Of a DNA stretch of 32,000 bases, positions 1-8,557 are shown one piece after another (position 1 is the first letter of the stretch; each line of letters begins with the position of its first letter). The stretch is taken from contig NC_014034.1 in the NCBI RefSeq assembly GCF_000021865.1, forward strand, positions 210,001 through 242,000. The letters run 5' to 3'. The notes below the pieces were generated by a model. It searched no databases, had not been told where the DNA came from, and worked only from the letters and a program-made list of their open reading frames with translations. The translations under genes and the position numbers were made by a program. This DNA comes from Rhodobacter capsulatus SB 1003 (GTDB lineage: Bacteria > Pseudomonadota > Alphaproteobacteria > Rhodobacterales > Rhodobacteraceae).

Positions 1-241
1 GCAGCGTGTCCCGGCCGATATCGCCCAAAAGCGTGTCGTTGCCGCCATTGCCGACCAGGGAATCGGCGCCCGCCGCGCCGTTGAGCACGTCGAAATCCTC
101 GCCGCCGGTCAGCGTGTCATTGCCCGTGCCGCCGTTCATCCGGTTCGCGCCCTCGCCGCCGATCAGGGAATCGTCGCCGTCATTGCCGGCGATCGTGTCA
201 TTGCCGCGGTCGCCGAAGATCACGTCATTGCCGCCACCGCC
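1..241 (-). repeat. RTX nonapeptide repeat block (coding) inside the partial CDS
   Basis: Hand translation gives nine back-to-back units: GGGGNDVIF GDRGNDTIA GNDGDDSLI GGEGANRMN GGTGNDTLT GGEDFDVLN GAAGADSLV GNGGNDTLL GDIGRDTL. Confidence 0.85.
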
Positions 242-1900
242 CTGGATCATGTCGCTCGACTCGAGGCCGCGGATCGTGTCGGCCCGGTTGCTGCCGATCA
301 GGGTATCGCGGCCGATCGTGCCCGAGAGCCCGCCGCCAAGACTGTCGGCCACGATCCGTTCGCCCCGCACCTCGCCCAGCACCAGCAGCCGGTCGGGCAG
401 GCCGAAGCTCAGCCCGGACCAGAGGTCGCTCAGCGCCAGCGGCCGTCCGGTCGCCGAGACGATCTCGATCTCGGTGCCGCCAAAGGACAGCAGCAGGCCG
501 CGGTCGGTGGGGGTCGCGATCAGCTGCGCGGTCGATCGCAGCATCGGCAGCCCGCCCAGATCGATGCGGTCGCCGGGGCTGTAATCCATCACGTAATGCC
601 GGGTTTCGGAACTGCGGATCACGAAAGTGTCGTTGCCCGCGCCGCCGAACATCACCGTGCTGCCCGGGCCCGAGACCAGCACATCCTCGCCCGCGAGGCC
701 CATCAGCGTGTCCCGGCCGGTGGTGTTCGCCACCAGCAGATCATCCAGCGCCGAACCGTCGCGGCGCAGGCTGCCGCTGGCGGCGCCGGTCACCGTCACG
801 CCCAGCGCGGCCAGATCGATGCGCAACAGGCTCAGCCCGGGTTCGGCCCCCGAGGCGACGAAGATCCGCAACTCGGTGCCGACGACGGCCATCGCCACCG
901 AAGTGACGTCCTGCAGGCCAAGCCCCGGGCCCTGTTCTAGCGTCTGCAGATGCACCAGCCGCCCGTCGGGCAACAGCGTGAACAGGGTCAGCCCGTCATC
1001 GCCGCCCCCGGCCAGCACGAAGACCCGGCCCTGCACGACGACCGCTTCCAGCGCGGTGATCGTGCCGAAGCGGCTGTCGAGCGTGTCGAGCAGGTGATCG
1101 GTCGGGCGCAGGCTGCCGGTCGCGGTCAGTTCCATCACCGAGATCGTGCCGCTGCCCGCGGCGCCCAGCAGCACGAAGGTCTTGCCGAAAGCGGTGACCG
1201 TGGTCATCACGGTGGGGTCGTTCACGCCGAGCCCGTTCGAGGCCCCCAGCACGCCGACCTGCACCAGCGCCCCGTTGGCGCCGACGCGATAGCTGGCCAC
1301 GCCGTCAAAGCCGCAATCGGCGCGCAGCAGGAAGTCCTGTCCGGCCACCGAGACCATCTCGAGCAGCACCTGCCCGAGGATGAGGCCGCCCGCCGGGCTG
1401 GCGGTGGCCGAGACCCAGCGCGGGATGCCGTCGGCGTCGATCGCATAGCCGTTCAACGCGCCGCTGATCGCATCGGCGACATAGATCATGTCGGCCCCGC
1501 CGGCAAGTTCCGCGGTCAGCAGCCCGTTCTGCAGCCAGGGGCTGCGGGCATCGTCCAGCCGGATCGTCGTCTGCCGCCCCAGATCCCCGGCGGTCGCGCT
1601 GTTCGAGCTGAGCAGATCGCCGCCCTGGGTGACGCCGAAGATGACCCGCGTGTAGCCGTTGAAGGTCGCCCAGGACAGATCCAGTGTCGCCATCCCGGTC
1701 AGGCTGCCGGGGAAGTAGAAACTGTCGGCGACCGTCGGCACGGCCTGTGCCCCGATCTGCCAGGCCAGAATGCCGCCATTGCTGCCGGTCATGCTGTAAA
1801 GGAAGGTGCCCGAAGCCGTCGCGACGATTTCGAGCCGTTCGATATTCGTGTCGAGCAGGGCGAAGCCGGACTCGACTCGTCTGGTGAAAGCAATCCGCAT
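1..1900 (-). CDS. Secreted RTX-type calcium-binding protein, N-terminal ~633 codons. The C-terminus lies beyond the window start.
   Basis: Missing from the ORF track because the frame runs off the left edge. Hand translation from the ATG (reverse complement of 1898-1900) gives MRIAFTRRVESGFALLDTNIERLEIVATASGTF... The frame was checked open at 1-360, 900-1260 and 1800-1900. The C-terminal part encodes consecutive GGxGxDxUx nonapeptides. There is no N-terminal signal peptide. The N-terminal ~500 aa shows recurring blade-like units (e.g. ...GKTFVLLGAAGSGTISVMELTATGSL..., ...GRVFVLAGGGDDGLTLFTLLPDGRL...). Confidence 0.8.
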   Translation of the reverse strand, partial: MRIAFTRRVESGFALLDTNIERLEIVATASGTFLYSMTGSNGGILAWQIGAQAVPTVADSFYFPGSLTGMATLDLSWATFNGYTRVIFGVTQGGDLLSSNSATAGDLGRQTTIRLDDARSPWLQNGLLTAELAGGADMIYVADAISGALNGYAIDADGIPRWVSATASPAGGLILGQVLLEMVSVAGQDFLLRADCGFDGVASYRVGANGALVQVGVLGASNGLGVNDPTVMTTVTAFGKTFVLLGAAGSGTISVMELTATGSLRPTDHLLDTLDSRFGTITALEAVVVQGRVFVLAGGGDDGLTLFTLLPDGRLVHLQTLEQGPGLGLQDVTSVAMAVVGTELRIFVASGAEPGLSLLRIDLAALGVTVTGAASGSLRRDGSALDDLLVANTTGRDTLMGLAGEDVLVSGPGSTVMFGGAGNDTFVIRSSETRHYVMDYSPGDRIDLGGLPMLRSTAQLIATPTDRGLLLSFGGTEIEIVSATGRPLALSDLWSGLSFGLPDRLLVLGEVRGERIVADSLGGGLSGTIGRDTLIGSNRADTIRGLESSDMIQGGGGNDVIFGDRGNDTIAGNDGDDSLIGGEGANRMNGGTGNDTLTGGEDFDVLNGAAGADSLVGNGGNDTLLGDIGRDTL

Positions 1901-2108
1901 CGCACACCCCCAAGATGAGCAGGGGCAGGCTCTGCCGTTCCGTCGTCCCGGCAGTGTCGCGGTTGCGGCGAAAATGTGACTCTTGGACGCAATTTTGCGC
2001 AAATCGCCAATCTGGAAACGGTTCGTTTCGGCGCCAGCCCTGGCCGGTCCGGGGGCAATCCTGTCGCTCGGCGCTTGCCAAAGCCCGAAGGACGGGTCTA
2101 ATCGAACC

Positions 2109-3356
2109 ATGACCCAATTTGCCCTTGCCGCCCTTGCCGCCACCCGCGCCCTGCGCACGCTCTTCGAGCCGACGCCTTTGCAGCGCAACGAGTTCCTGTC
2201 CAAACGCTACGAGGCCGAGATCTGGCTCAAGCGCGAGGATCTGACGCCGGTGCGCAGCTACAAGCTGCGCGGCGCCTTTACCGCGATGCGCAAGCTGCTG
2301 GAGCTGACCCCCGAGGCGCGGCAGTTCGTCTGTGCCAGCGCGGGCAACCATGCGCAGGGCGTGGCCTTTGCCTGCCGTCATTTCGGCGTGCGGGGGACGA
2401 TCTTCATGCCGGTGACGACGCCGCAGCAAAAGATCGACAAGACCCGCACCTTTGGCGGCGACGCGGTCGAGATCGTGCTGACCGGCGATTATTTCGACCA
2501 GACGCTGGCGGCCTCGCAGAAATTCTGCGCCGAGGCGGGGGCGCATTTCCTCTCGCCCTTCGATGACGAGAACGTGATCGAGGGTCAGGCCTCGGTGGGG
2601 GTCGAGATCCTGGATCAGCTGGGCCGGGCGCCCGATCTGGTCATCCTGCCGGTGGGCGGCGGCGGTCTGGCGGCGGGGGTGACGGGCTATCTGCGCGCGA
2701 CGGCGCCGCAGACCGGCTATCGCTTCGTCGAGCCCCTGGGCGGGGCCAGCCTGACCGCGGCGGTCAAGGCGGGGGCGCCGGTGACGCTCAAGCAGGTGAA
2801 CAGTTTTGTCGATGGCGCGGCGGTGGCGCGGATCGGGGCCCTGCCGCTTGCGGCGCTGGACTGGGTGACCCCCGGAGAGATCCTGCTGGCGCCCGAGGAC
2901 CGGATCTGTCTGACGATGCTGGAAATGCTGAACCACGAGGGGATCGTGCTGGAACCGGCCGGGGCGCTGTCGCTGAACGTGCTGCCGGAACTGGCCGAAC
3001 AGATCCGCGGCAAGACCGTCGTCTGCGTGACCTCGGGCGGGAATTTCGATTTCGAGCGGCTGCCCGAGGTCAAGGAACGGGCGCAGCGCTATTCCGGGCT
3101 GAAGAAATACTTCATCCTGCGGATGCCGCAGCGGCCGGGGGCGCTGCGCGAATTCCTGTCGATGCTGGGCCCCGAGGATGACATCGCGCGGTTCGAATAT
3201 CTGAAGAAATCCGCCCGCAACTTCGGCTCGGTGCTGATCGGCATCGAGACGAAGCAGGCGGGCGCTTTCGATGCGCTGACGCAGAAACTGGATGCCGCGG
3301 GCTTTGATTACCGCGACATCACCGACGATTCCGCGATCGCCGAATTCCTGATCTGA
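2109..3356 (+). CDS. ilvA: Threonine ammonia-lyase (biosynthetic threonine dehydratase)
   Basis: In-frame ATG at 2109 within track ORF 1983-3356 (MTQFALAAL...). PLP-lysine context PVRSYKLRGAF, GNHAQGVA, glycine loop PVGGGGLAAG, and a C-terminal ACT-like regulatory domain. Confidence 0.9.
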   Translation: MTQFALAALAATRALRTLFEPTPLQRNEFLSKRYEAEIWLKREDLTPVRSYKLRGAFTAMRKLLELTPEARQFVCASAGNHAQGVAFACRHFGVRGTIFMPVTTPQQKIDKTRTFGGDAVEIVLTGDYFDQTLAASQKFCAEAGAHFLSPFDDENVIEGQASVGVEILDQLGRAPDLVILPVGGGGLAAGVTGYLRATAPQTGYRFVEPLGGASLTAAVKAGAPVTLKQVNSFVDGAAVARIGALPLAALDWVTPGEILLAPEDRICLTMLEMLNHEGIVLEPAGALSLNVLPELAEQIRGKTVVCVTSGGNFDFERLPEVKERAQRYSGLKKYFILRMPQRPGALREFLSMLGPEDDIARFEYLKKSARNFGSVLIGIETKQAGAFDALTQKLDAAGFDYRDITDDSAIAEFLI

Positions 3357-3359
3357 GCC

Positions 3360-3689
3360 TCAGGCGGCGGACAGGAATTCGTCGACCCGGCCCATGAAGA
3401 TCTCCTTCGAGCGGCCGTAACAGTCGAGCACGGCGGGAATGTCCACCGTCGCTGCATTGCCCGCGGCGCAGCGGCGTTCGCCGTCCTGACAGATCGCGCC
3501 GAAGTCGCGAAAGCCCAGATTCCAGGCCGAGCCCTTGAGGAAATGCAGCTCGTCCCCCAGCTTGTCCGGCTTGCGGCCCAGATTCATCACCACGCTCTCG
3601 ACCTCGTCGAGAAACAGTTCGAGCACTTCGGCGAACCCTTCGGCGCCGATTTCGGATCGCAACTCGGCGACCCGTTCCCAATCGATCAT
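3360..3689 (-). CDS. Histidine phosphotransfer (Hpt) domain protein
   Basis: Track ORF 3360-3701. I prefer the ATG at 3689 (MIDWERV...), which is preceded by GGAGGGA. The conserved Hpt motif HFLKGSAWNLG is present and the ~110 aa size fits a four-helix Hpt protein. Confidence 0.75.
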   Translation of the reverse strand: MIDWERVAELRSEIGAEGFAEVLELFLDEVESVVMNLGRKPDKLGDELHFLKGSAWNLGFRDFGAICQDGERRCAAGNAATVDIPAVLDCYGRSKEIFMGRVDEFLSAA

Positions 3690-3838
3690 AGTTCCCTCCA
3701 CAGAGCCCTTTTCTCACCACAGCCAAAGGCTACGGGCCATTTCTTGCGGAAGCTTTAACCTCCGATCAGGATTACGGCGATTCACCTGTTCTTAAGGTCG
3801 ATCGCGCAGAGTGCGGGCTGCGCAGTTCCGGTGAGCCC

Positions 3839-5125
3839 GTGACAGATCCCATTTCAGACCGTTCAGATCCGACCTCAACTTCCGAGCCTGCCCCCGTGCC
3901 GCGCCGGGTTCTGGTCGTGGACGACAGCAAGATGCAGCGTCGCATCCTGTCCGCGCTGCTCTCGCGGTCGGGCTACGAGGTGCTGGAGGCGGGCACGGCG
4001 GAAGAGGCTTTGGACATCTGCGGCCGGATCGAGCCCGATTTCGTGCTCTCCGACTGGATGATGCCCGGCATGTCGGGGATCGAATTCTGCCAGCAGTTCC
4101 GCGCCATGCCGCGCGAGGGTTACGGCTATTTCATCCTTCTGACCTCGAAGACGGAAAAGCATGACGTGGCCGAGGGGCTGCAAAGCGGCGCCGATGATTT
4201 TCTGGCCAAGCCGGTGAATGGCGACGAGCTGCGGGCCCGGCTGATGGCGGGCGAGCGCATCCTCACCATGGAACATGCGATGAAGGAGAAGAACCGGCAG
4301 CTTTCCCTTGCGCTGGGCGAGTTGCAGTCGCTTTACGATTCGATCAACCGCGATCTGGTCGAGGCCTGCAAGCTGCAGCAATCTCTGGTCAAGGAACGCC
4401 ACCGCAGCTTCGGCAATGCGCAGGTGTCGCTGACGCTGCGGCCCTCGGGCCATGTCGGCGGCGATCTGGTGGGCTTCTTTCCGATCAACATCCGCCGTGT
4501 CGGGCTTTATGGCATCGACGTCTCGGGGCATGGCATCACCTCGGCGCTGATGACGGCGCGGCTGGCGGGCTATCTGTCGGGCACCTCGCCCGAGCAGAAC
4601 ATCGCCCTGATCCAGACCGAATTCGGCTTTTACGACGGCCGTGATCCGGCCGATCTGGCCGCCTATCTGAACACGCTCGTGCTCGAGGAAATGCAGACCG
4701 ACAGCTATTTCACCCTGATCTATGCCGATGTCGACCTGATTTCCGGCAAGGTCGCACTGGTGCAGGCGGGCCATCCGCATCCGGCGGTGCTGCGCGCCGA
4801 TGGGTCGGTGGAATTTCTGGGCGACGGCGGCCTGCCCGTCGGGCTGATCGAGGGGGCGAGCTACGAAACCGTCACCACCCGGCTTGCGCCAGGGGACCGG
4901 CTGTTCCTTGGTTCCGACGGCATCACCGAGGCGGAACCGCCGCGTCGGCCGCAGATCGGCGAGGAGGGGCTTGCCATGCTGCTCAAGCGGCTGAACCTGC
5001 TGCGCGGCCCGGCCTTTCTGGATGCGCTTTACTGGGAATTGCAGCGCATGACCTCGGACAACCTGGCCGACGATGTCTCGGCGGTGCTCTTTGAATTCAA
5101 CGGCGCCAAGGAAAACGTCGGTTAA
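3839..5125 (+). CDS. Response-regulator receiver fused to a PP2C/SpoIIE-type serine phosphatase
   Basis: Track ORF with a GTG start. Receiver domain: VLVVDDSKMQRR...SDWMMPGMSG...LAKPV. A coiled-coil linker follows. PP2C motifs: HVGGDLVGFF, IDVSGHGITSAL, GSDGITEA, DDVSAVLFE. Confidence 0.85.
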   Translation: MTDPISDRSDPTSTSEPAPVPRRVLVVDDSKMQRRILSALLSRSGYEVLEAGTAEEALDICGRIEPDFVLSDWMMPGMSGIEFCQQFRAMPREGYGYFILLTSKTEKHDVAEGLQSGADDFLAKPVNGDELRARLMAGERILTMEHAMKEKNRQLSLALGELQSLYDSINRDLVEACKLQQSLVKERHRSFGNAQVSLTLRPSGHVGGDLVGFFPINIRRVGLYGIDVSGHGITSALMTARLAGYLSGTSPEQNIALIQTEFGFYDGRDPADLAAYLNTLVLEEMQTDSYFTLIYADVDLISGKVALVQAGHPHPAVLRADGSVEFLGDGGLPVGLIEGASYETVTTRLAPGDRLFLGSDGITEAEPPRRPQIGEEGLAMLLKRLNLLRGPAFLDALYWELQRMTSDNLADDVSAVLFEFNGAKENVG

Positions 5126-6294
5126 GGCTCGCGCAGCGCCTCGCGCGATTTGTAAAGCGGCTTGAGCAGATATTGCAGCACGGTCTTTTCGCCGGTGTAA
5201 AGCTCCACCGTCGCCTGCATCCCCGGCCGGATTTCAAGACGGCGCTGCCGTTCGGTCAGCCGCGCCAGATCGACCCGCAGCGTGACCTTGTAATAGGGCT
5301 CGGCATCGGGCTTCTGTTCGTCCTTGAACGTGTCGGCCGAAACGAAATGCACCGCGCCCTGCAGGCTGCCGTAAATCGTGTAATCATAAGCCGACAGCTT
5401 GATCGTCGCCGCCTGACCCAGCTTCACGTTGGCGATGTCCTTTGGCGCGATCCGGGCGTCGATGAACAGTTCCTCGTCCAGCGGAATGATCTCCAGAATC
5501 TCCTCGCCCGGCCGCACGACGCCGCCGATCGTCGTCACCGACAGCTTGTTGACGATCCCGTGCATCGGCGAGGTCAGCGTGGTCCGCGTCAGCTGGTCTT
5601 CCGACAGTTTCAGCTGCTGGCGCAAGGTGCCCAGCTTTTCCAGCGTTTCGGAATAATCCGAGGCGCGGTCCAGCTCCGCCTTGGTGGTGATGTCGTTCAG
5701 CTGCGCCTCGGCATCGGAATAGGCCTTGCGCGCCTTGGTCACCTCGATCAGCGGCGCCACATCGCGTTCGAACATCTTTTCCAGCATGTCCCGTTCCGCC
5801 TTGGCCTGTTTCAGGATCGCCGCCGCCCCCTTCTTGCGCGAGGCATAATCGCTCAGCCGCGCCAGCAGCAGCGCGCTTTCCGATTTCACGATCTCGGGGA
5901 CCAGCCGATCCTGTTCCTCGCTCGGCACGAATTCGTCCAGCCCGTTCATCTCGGCCTCGAGCCGCAGCTGCCGGATTTCCAGCGCCGCGATCTGCGCCTT
6001 CAGATCATCGACCTGGGTCCGGTACGAGGTCTCGTGCAGCCGCCCCAGCACCGTGCCGGGGGACACCTCGTCGCCCTCGGAGACATTCAGCTCCGCCAGA
6101 ATCCCGCCTTCCAGGTTCTGGATGATCTGCGGCTTCGAGGAGGAGACGATCTCTCCGGGGCCGCGCACGATCTGGTCGATGCGGGCATAGGCGGACCAGA
6201 CCAGAAAGGCCAGGATCGACAGGCCGATCAGCCAGATCGTCCAGCTCATCCGCCGCGCCGCCGTGGTCACCGCCGAAGGATCGACGGTGCTCAT
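5122..6294 (-). CDS. HlyD-family type I secretion periplasmic adaptor (membrane fusion protein)
   Basis: Track ORF. Single N-terminal TM (WTIWLIGLSILAFLVWSAY), a long coiled-coil and a C-terminal beta domain. The start overlaps the stop of the upstream ABC gene by 4 nt. Confidence 0.9.
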   Translation of the reverse strand: MSTVDPSAVTTAARRMSWTIWLIGLSILAFLVWSAYARIDQIVRGPGEIVSSSKPQIIQNLEGGILAELNVSEGDEVSPGTVLGRLHETSYRTQVDDLKAQIAALEIRQLRLEAEMNGLDEFVPSEEQDRLVPEIVKSESALLLARLSDYASRKKGAAAILKQAKAERDMLEKMFERDVAPLIEVTKARKAYSDAEAQLNDITTKAELDRASDYSETLEKLGTLRQQLKLSEDQLTRTTLTSPMHGIVNKLSVTTIGGVVRPGEEILEIIPLDEELFIDARIAPKDIANVKLGQAATIKLSAYDYTIYGSLQGAVHFVSADTFKDEQKPDAEPYYKVTLRVDLARLTERQRRLEIRPGMQATVELYTGEKTVLQYLLKPLYKSREALREP

Positions 6295-8543
6295 TTCGGC
6301 CCCCCCGCGGCCTTCGCCTTGGTCAGATGCGCCAGCACCGCATCGCGCGGGCCATCGACCGCCATCCGGCCGTTCTGCAAGATCAGCGTCCGCGCGGTCA
6401 GCGCCAGGATCGGCACCCGATGCGTCGCGATGATCGCCGTGCGCCCGTCCAGCCAGGTCTCCAGCCGGCTGACCAGCGTCGTTTCCAGCGTGGTGTCCAG
6501 CGCCGCGGTGGGTTCATCAAGGATCACCACCGTCGGATCCTGCAGCCAGAGCCGCGCCCAGCCGATCGACTGCCGCTGGCCCACCGAAAGCCCCTCGCCG
6601 CCGTCGCGGATCGGCAGATCAAGGCCCTTCGGATGGCCGCGCAGGAACGGCCCCAGCCCGGCAAAATCGAGCGCCCGGTAAAGCCTGTCCTCGTCGCGTT
6701 CCAGCTGCGTCAGGTTCAGGTTGTCGCGCAAGGTGCCGGAAAACAGCCGCACGTCCTGCGAAAGATACCCCACGGCCCGGCGCAGATCGCGCGGATGCAG
6801 CTGGCCCAGATCGACGCCATCCAGCAGGATCCGCCCGGCCGTCGGTTCGTAAACCCCCGCGAGCAGCTTCAGCAGCGTCGACTTGCCAGAGCCGTTCGAG
6901 CCCAGAATGGCGACCCTTTGTCCGGGCGGAATGCGCAGCGCAGCAATGTCCACCGTCGCCGAGGCCTCGGGGTCGTATTTGAACTCCAGCCCGCGCAGCT
7001 CGTATTCGCCCTCGATCCGTTCGGCGCGCAGATAGCTGCGGCTGGCGGCCTGCACCTGATCGGCCCCGGCGATTTCTTCAAGGCCCTGCAGCGCCGCCTT
7101 CACATTGGCCCAGCGCGCCATCGTTCCCGCCAGCTGCGTCAGCGGCGCCAGCGTGCGCGAGGTCAGAAGCCCGATGGCGATGATCGCGCCCACGGTGAAT
7201 TCGCCCTCGAAGACCATGTAGGCGCCGACCATCACCGCGGTCACATAGGTCGCCTGCTGCATCATCTGCGCCCAGTAGGTCAGGGCCGAGGCGAGCTTGC
7301 GGCTTTCCGAGGATTTCACCGCCGAAAGCGTCGTCAGCTCTTCCCAGACCCGCTTGAACCGGTCGGCGCCGCGCTGGGTGGCGACGGTTTCATGTTCATA
7401 GATCGCCTCGTGCAGAAGCTTCGCCGCCCGGGCCGAGGCACCCTGCGTCGATTGCGTGATCTTCATCATCTTGCCCTGCAGCAGGAAGCCGGGCACCACC
7501 ATCAGGATGGCGCCCGCCAGCAGCACCCAGACCAGATTGCCGCCGATCGAGGCGACAAGGGCCAGAAAGATGAAGATGAAGGGGATGTCGGCGATCGTGC
7601 CGATGGTCGAGGCGGTAAAGAACTCCCGCACCGAGGAAAATTCCCGCATCGCGGAAAACAGCTGGCTGGGCGAGCGCCGCCCGGGCGCCGCCTTCATCCC
7701 CAGAAGCCGGTCCATCAGCAGGCCCTGCACCGTCAGCTCGATCTTGCGACCGGCCAGATCCATCAGCCCCGAGCGCGCCAGTTTCAGCGCCATTTCCAGC
7801 ACCAGCGCCAGCAGCGCGCCCAGCGCCAGCACCCAGAGCGTCGCCTCGGACTTGTGCGGAATGACGCGGTCATAGACCTGCATCGAGAACATCGAGACCG
7901 CGACGGCCAGGATATTGGCAAACAGCGAGCCCAGAGCCACTTCGACAAAGGCGCGGCGCTGCGCCTTGAAGGCACCCCAGAACCAGTGTTCGGGCGCGGT
8001 GTCGGGGGCGTGGCGGCTTTCCAGCTGGCGCAGCGAGGTGCGGGCGCGGATGATCCGGCCCGAAAAGAACGGCGCGAATTCGGCCAGAGCCACCTCGGCG
8101 CGCTGATCGGGGCAGGTCTTGTCATAAACGAACAGCAGCTCGGCTTCCTGCTTGATCACCAGCACGAGCTGCCCCGAGGTCATCTGCGCCAGCGCCGGCC
8201 ATTGCCCGGGCGAGAGCCGGGCGATCTGCTCGACCGTGGCGGTCATCCCCGCCACCCGCAGCACCGCGGCGATATGTTCGGGCTGAACCTCATCCGCCTC
8301 GGCGCCGGTGACCGCGGCGGTGGCCTCGCCGACGGCCAGAAGCATCTGTTCCAGAATGTCGGCGGCGGGCACCTGCGCGCCCAGAAGCGCGGCATAGGCC
8401 GAGGCCAGTTCCGCCCGCGCCCGCGCCCGTCCGGGGGCCTTGGGCGCGCTGGGCGTGGCGGGCACGGCTTTGGGCAAGACGCCATCGGACGCCCCGCTGA
8501 CACGGGCCGCATTCAGATCGAAGGCTATCACCCGGTCTGCCAA
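6291..8543 (-). CDS. Type I secretion system permease/ATPase (HlyB/LapB-like ABC exporter) with an N-terminal extension
   Basis: Track ORF with a TTG start. TM exporter core plus NBD: Walker A GSNGSGKST, signature LSVGQRQ, Walker B VVILDEPT. About 190 aa precede the first TM helix. Confidence 0.9.
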   Translation of the reverse strand: MADRVIAFDLNAARVSGASDGVLPKAVPATPSAPKAPGRARARAELASAYAALLGAQVPAADILEQMLLAVGEATAAVTGAEADEVQPEHIAAVLRVAGMTATVEQIARLSPGQWPALAQMTSGQLVLVIKQEAELLFVYDKTCPDQRAEVALAEFAPFFSGRIIRARTSLRQLESRHAPDTAPEHWFWGAFKAQRRAFVEVALGSLFANILAVAVSMFSMQVYDRVIPHKSEATLWVLALGALLALVLEMALKLARSGLMDLAGRKIELTVQGLLMDRLLGMKAAPGRRSPSQLFSAMREFSSVREFFTASTIGTIADIPFIFIFLALVASIGGNLVWVLLAGAILMVVPGFLLQGKMMKITQSTQGASARAAKLLHEAIYEHETVATQRGADRFKRVWEELTTLSAVKSSESRKLASALTYWAQMMQQATYVTAVMVGAYMVFEGEFTVGAIIAIGLLTSRTLAPLTQLAGTMARWANVKAALQGLEEIAGADQVQAASRSYLRAERIEGEYELRGLEFKYDPEASATVDIAALRIPPGQRVAILGSNGSGKSTLLKLLAGVYEPTAGRILLDGVDLGQLHPRDLRRAVGYLSQDVRLFSGTLRDNLNLTQLERDEDRLYRALDFAGLGPFLRGHPKGLDLPIRDGGEGLSVGQRQSIGWARLWLQDPTVVILDEPTAALDTTLETTLVSRLETWLDGRTAIIATHRVPILALTARTLILQNGRMAVDGPRDAVLAHLTKAKAAGGPK

Positions 8544-8557
8544 GCTTCCGCACCGTT

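Noticed and set aside
1901-2108. Small palindrome CGCAA-TT-TTGCG in the RTX/ilvA divergent spacer, and ORF 1915-2112
   Set aside because: The 5-bp arms are too short to distinguish from chance. The 65-aa ORF is Arg/Cys-rich, overlaps the ilvA start and has no support.
1305-2936. 543-aa minus-strand ORF overlapping ilvA and the RTX gene start
   Set aside because: It crosses the divergent intergenic region and is antisense to ilvA, which has PLP-enzyme motifs. No recognisable domains. A high-GC artefact.
3702-3838. Operator in the Hpt / REC-PP2C divergent spacer (GCGCAG-N8-CTGCGC at ~3804-3823; single GATTC at 3779-3783)
   Set aside because: The 6-bp GC-rich inverted repeat is within chance expectation for this base composition, and a single GANTC site is not informative.
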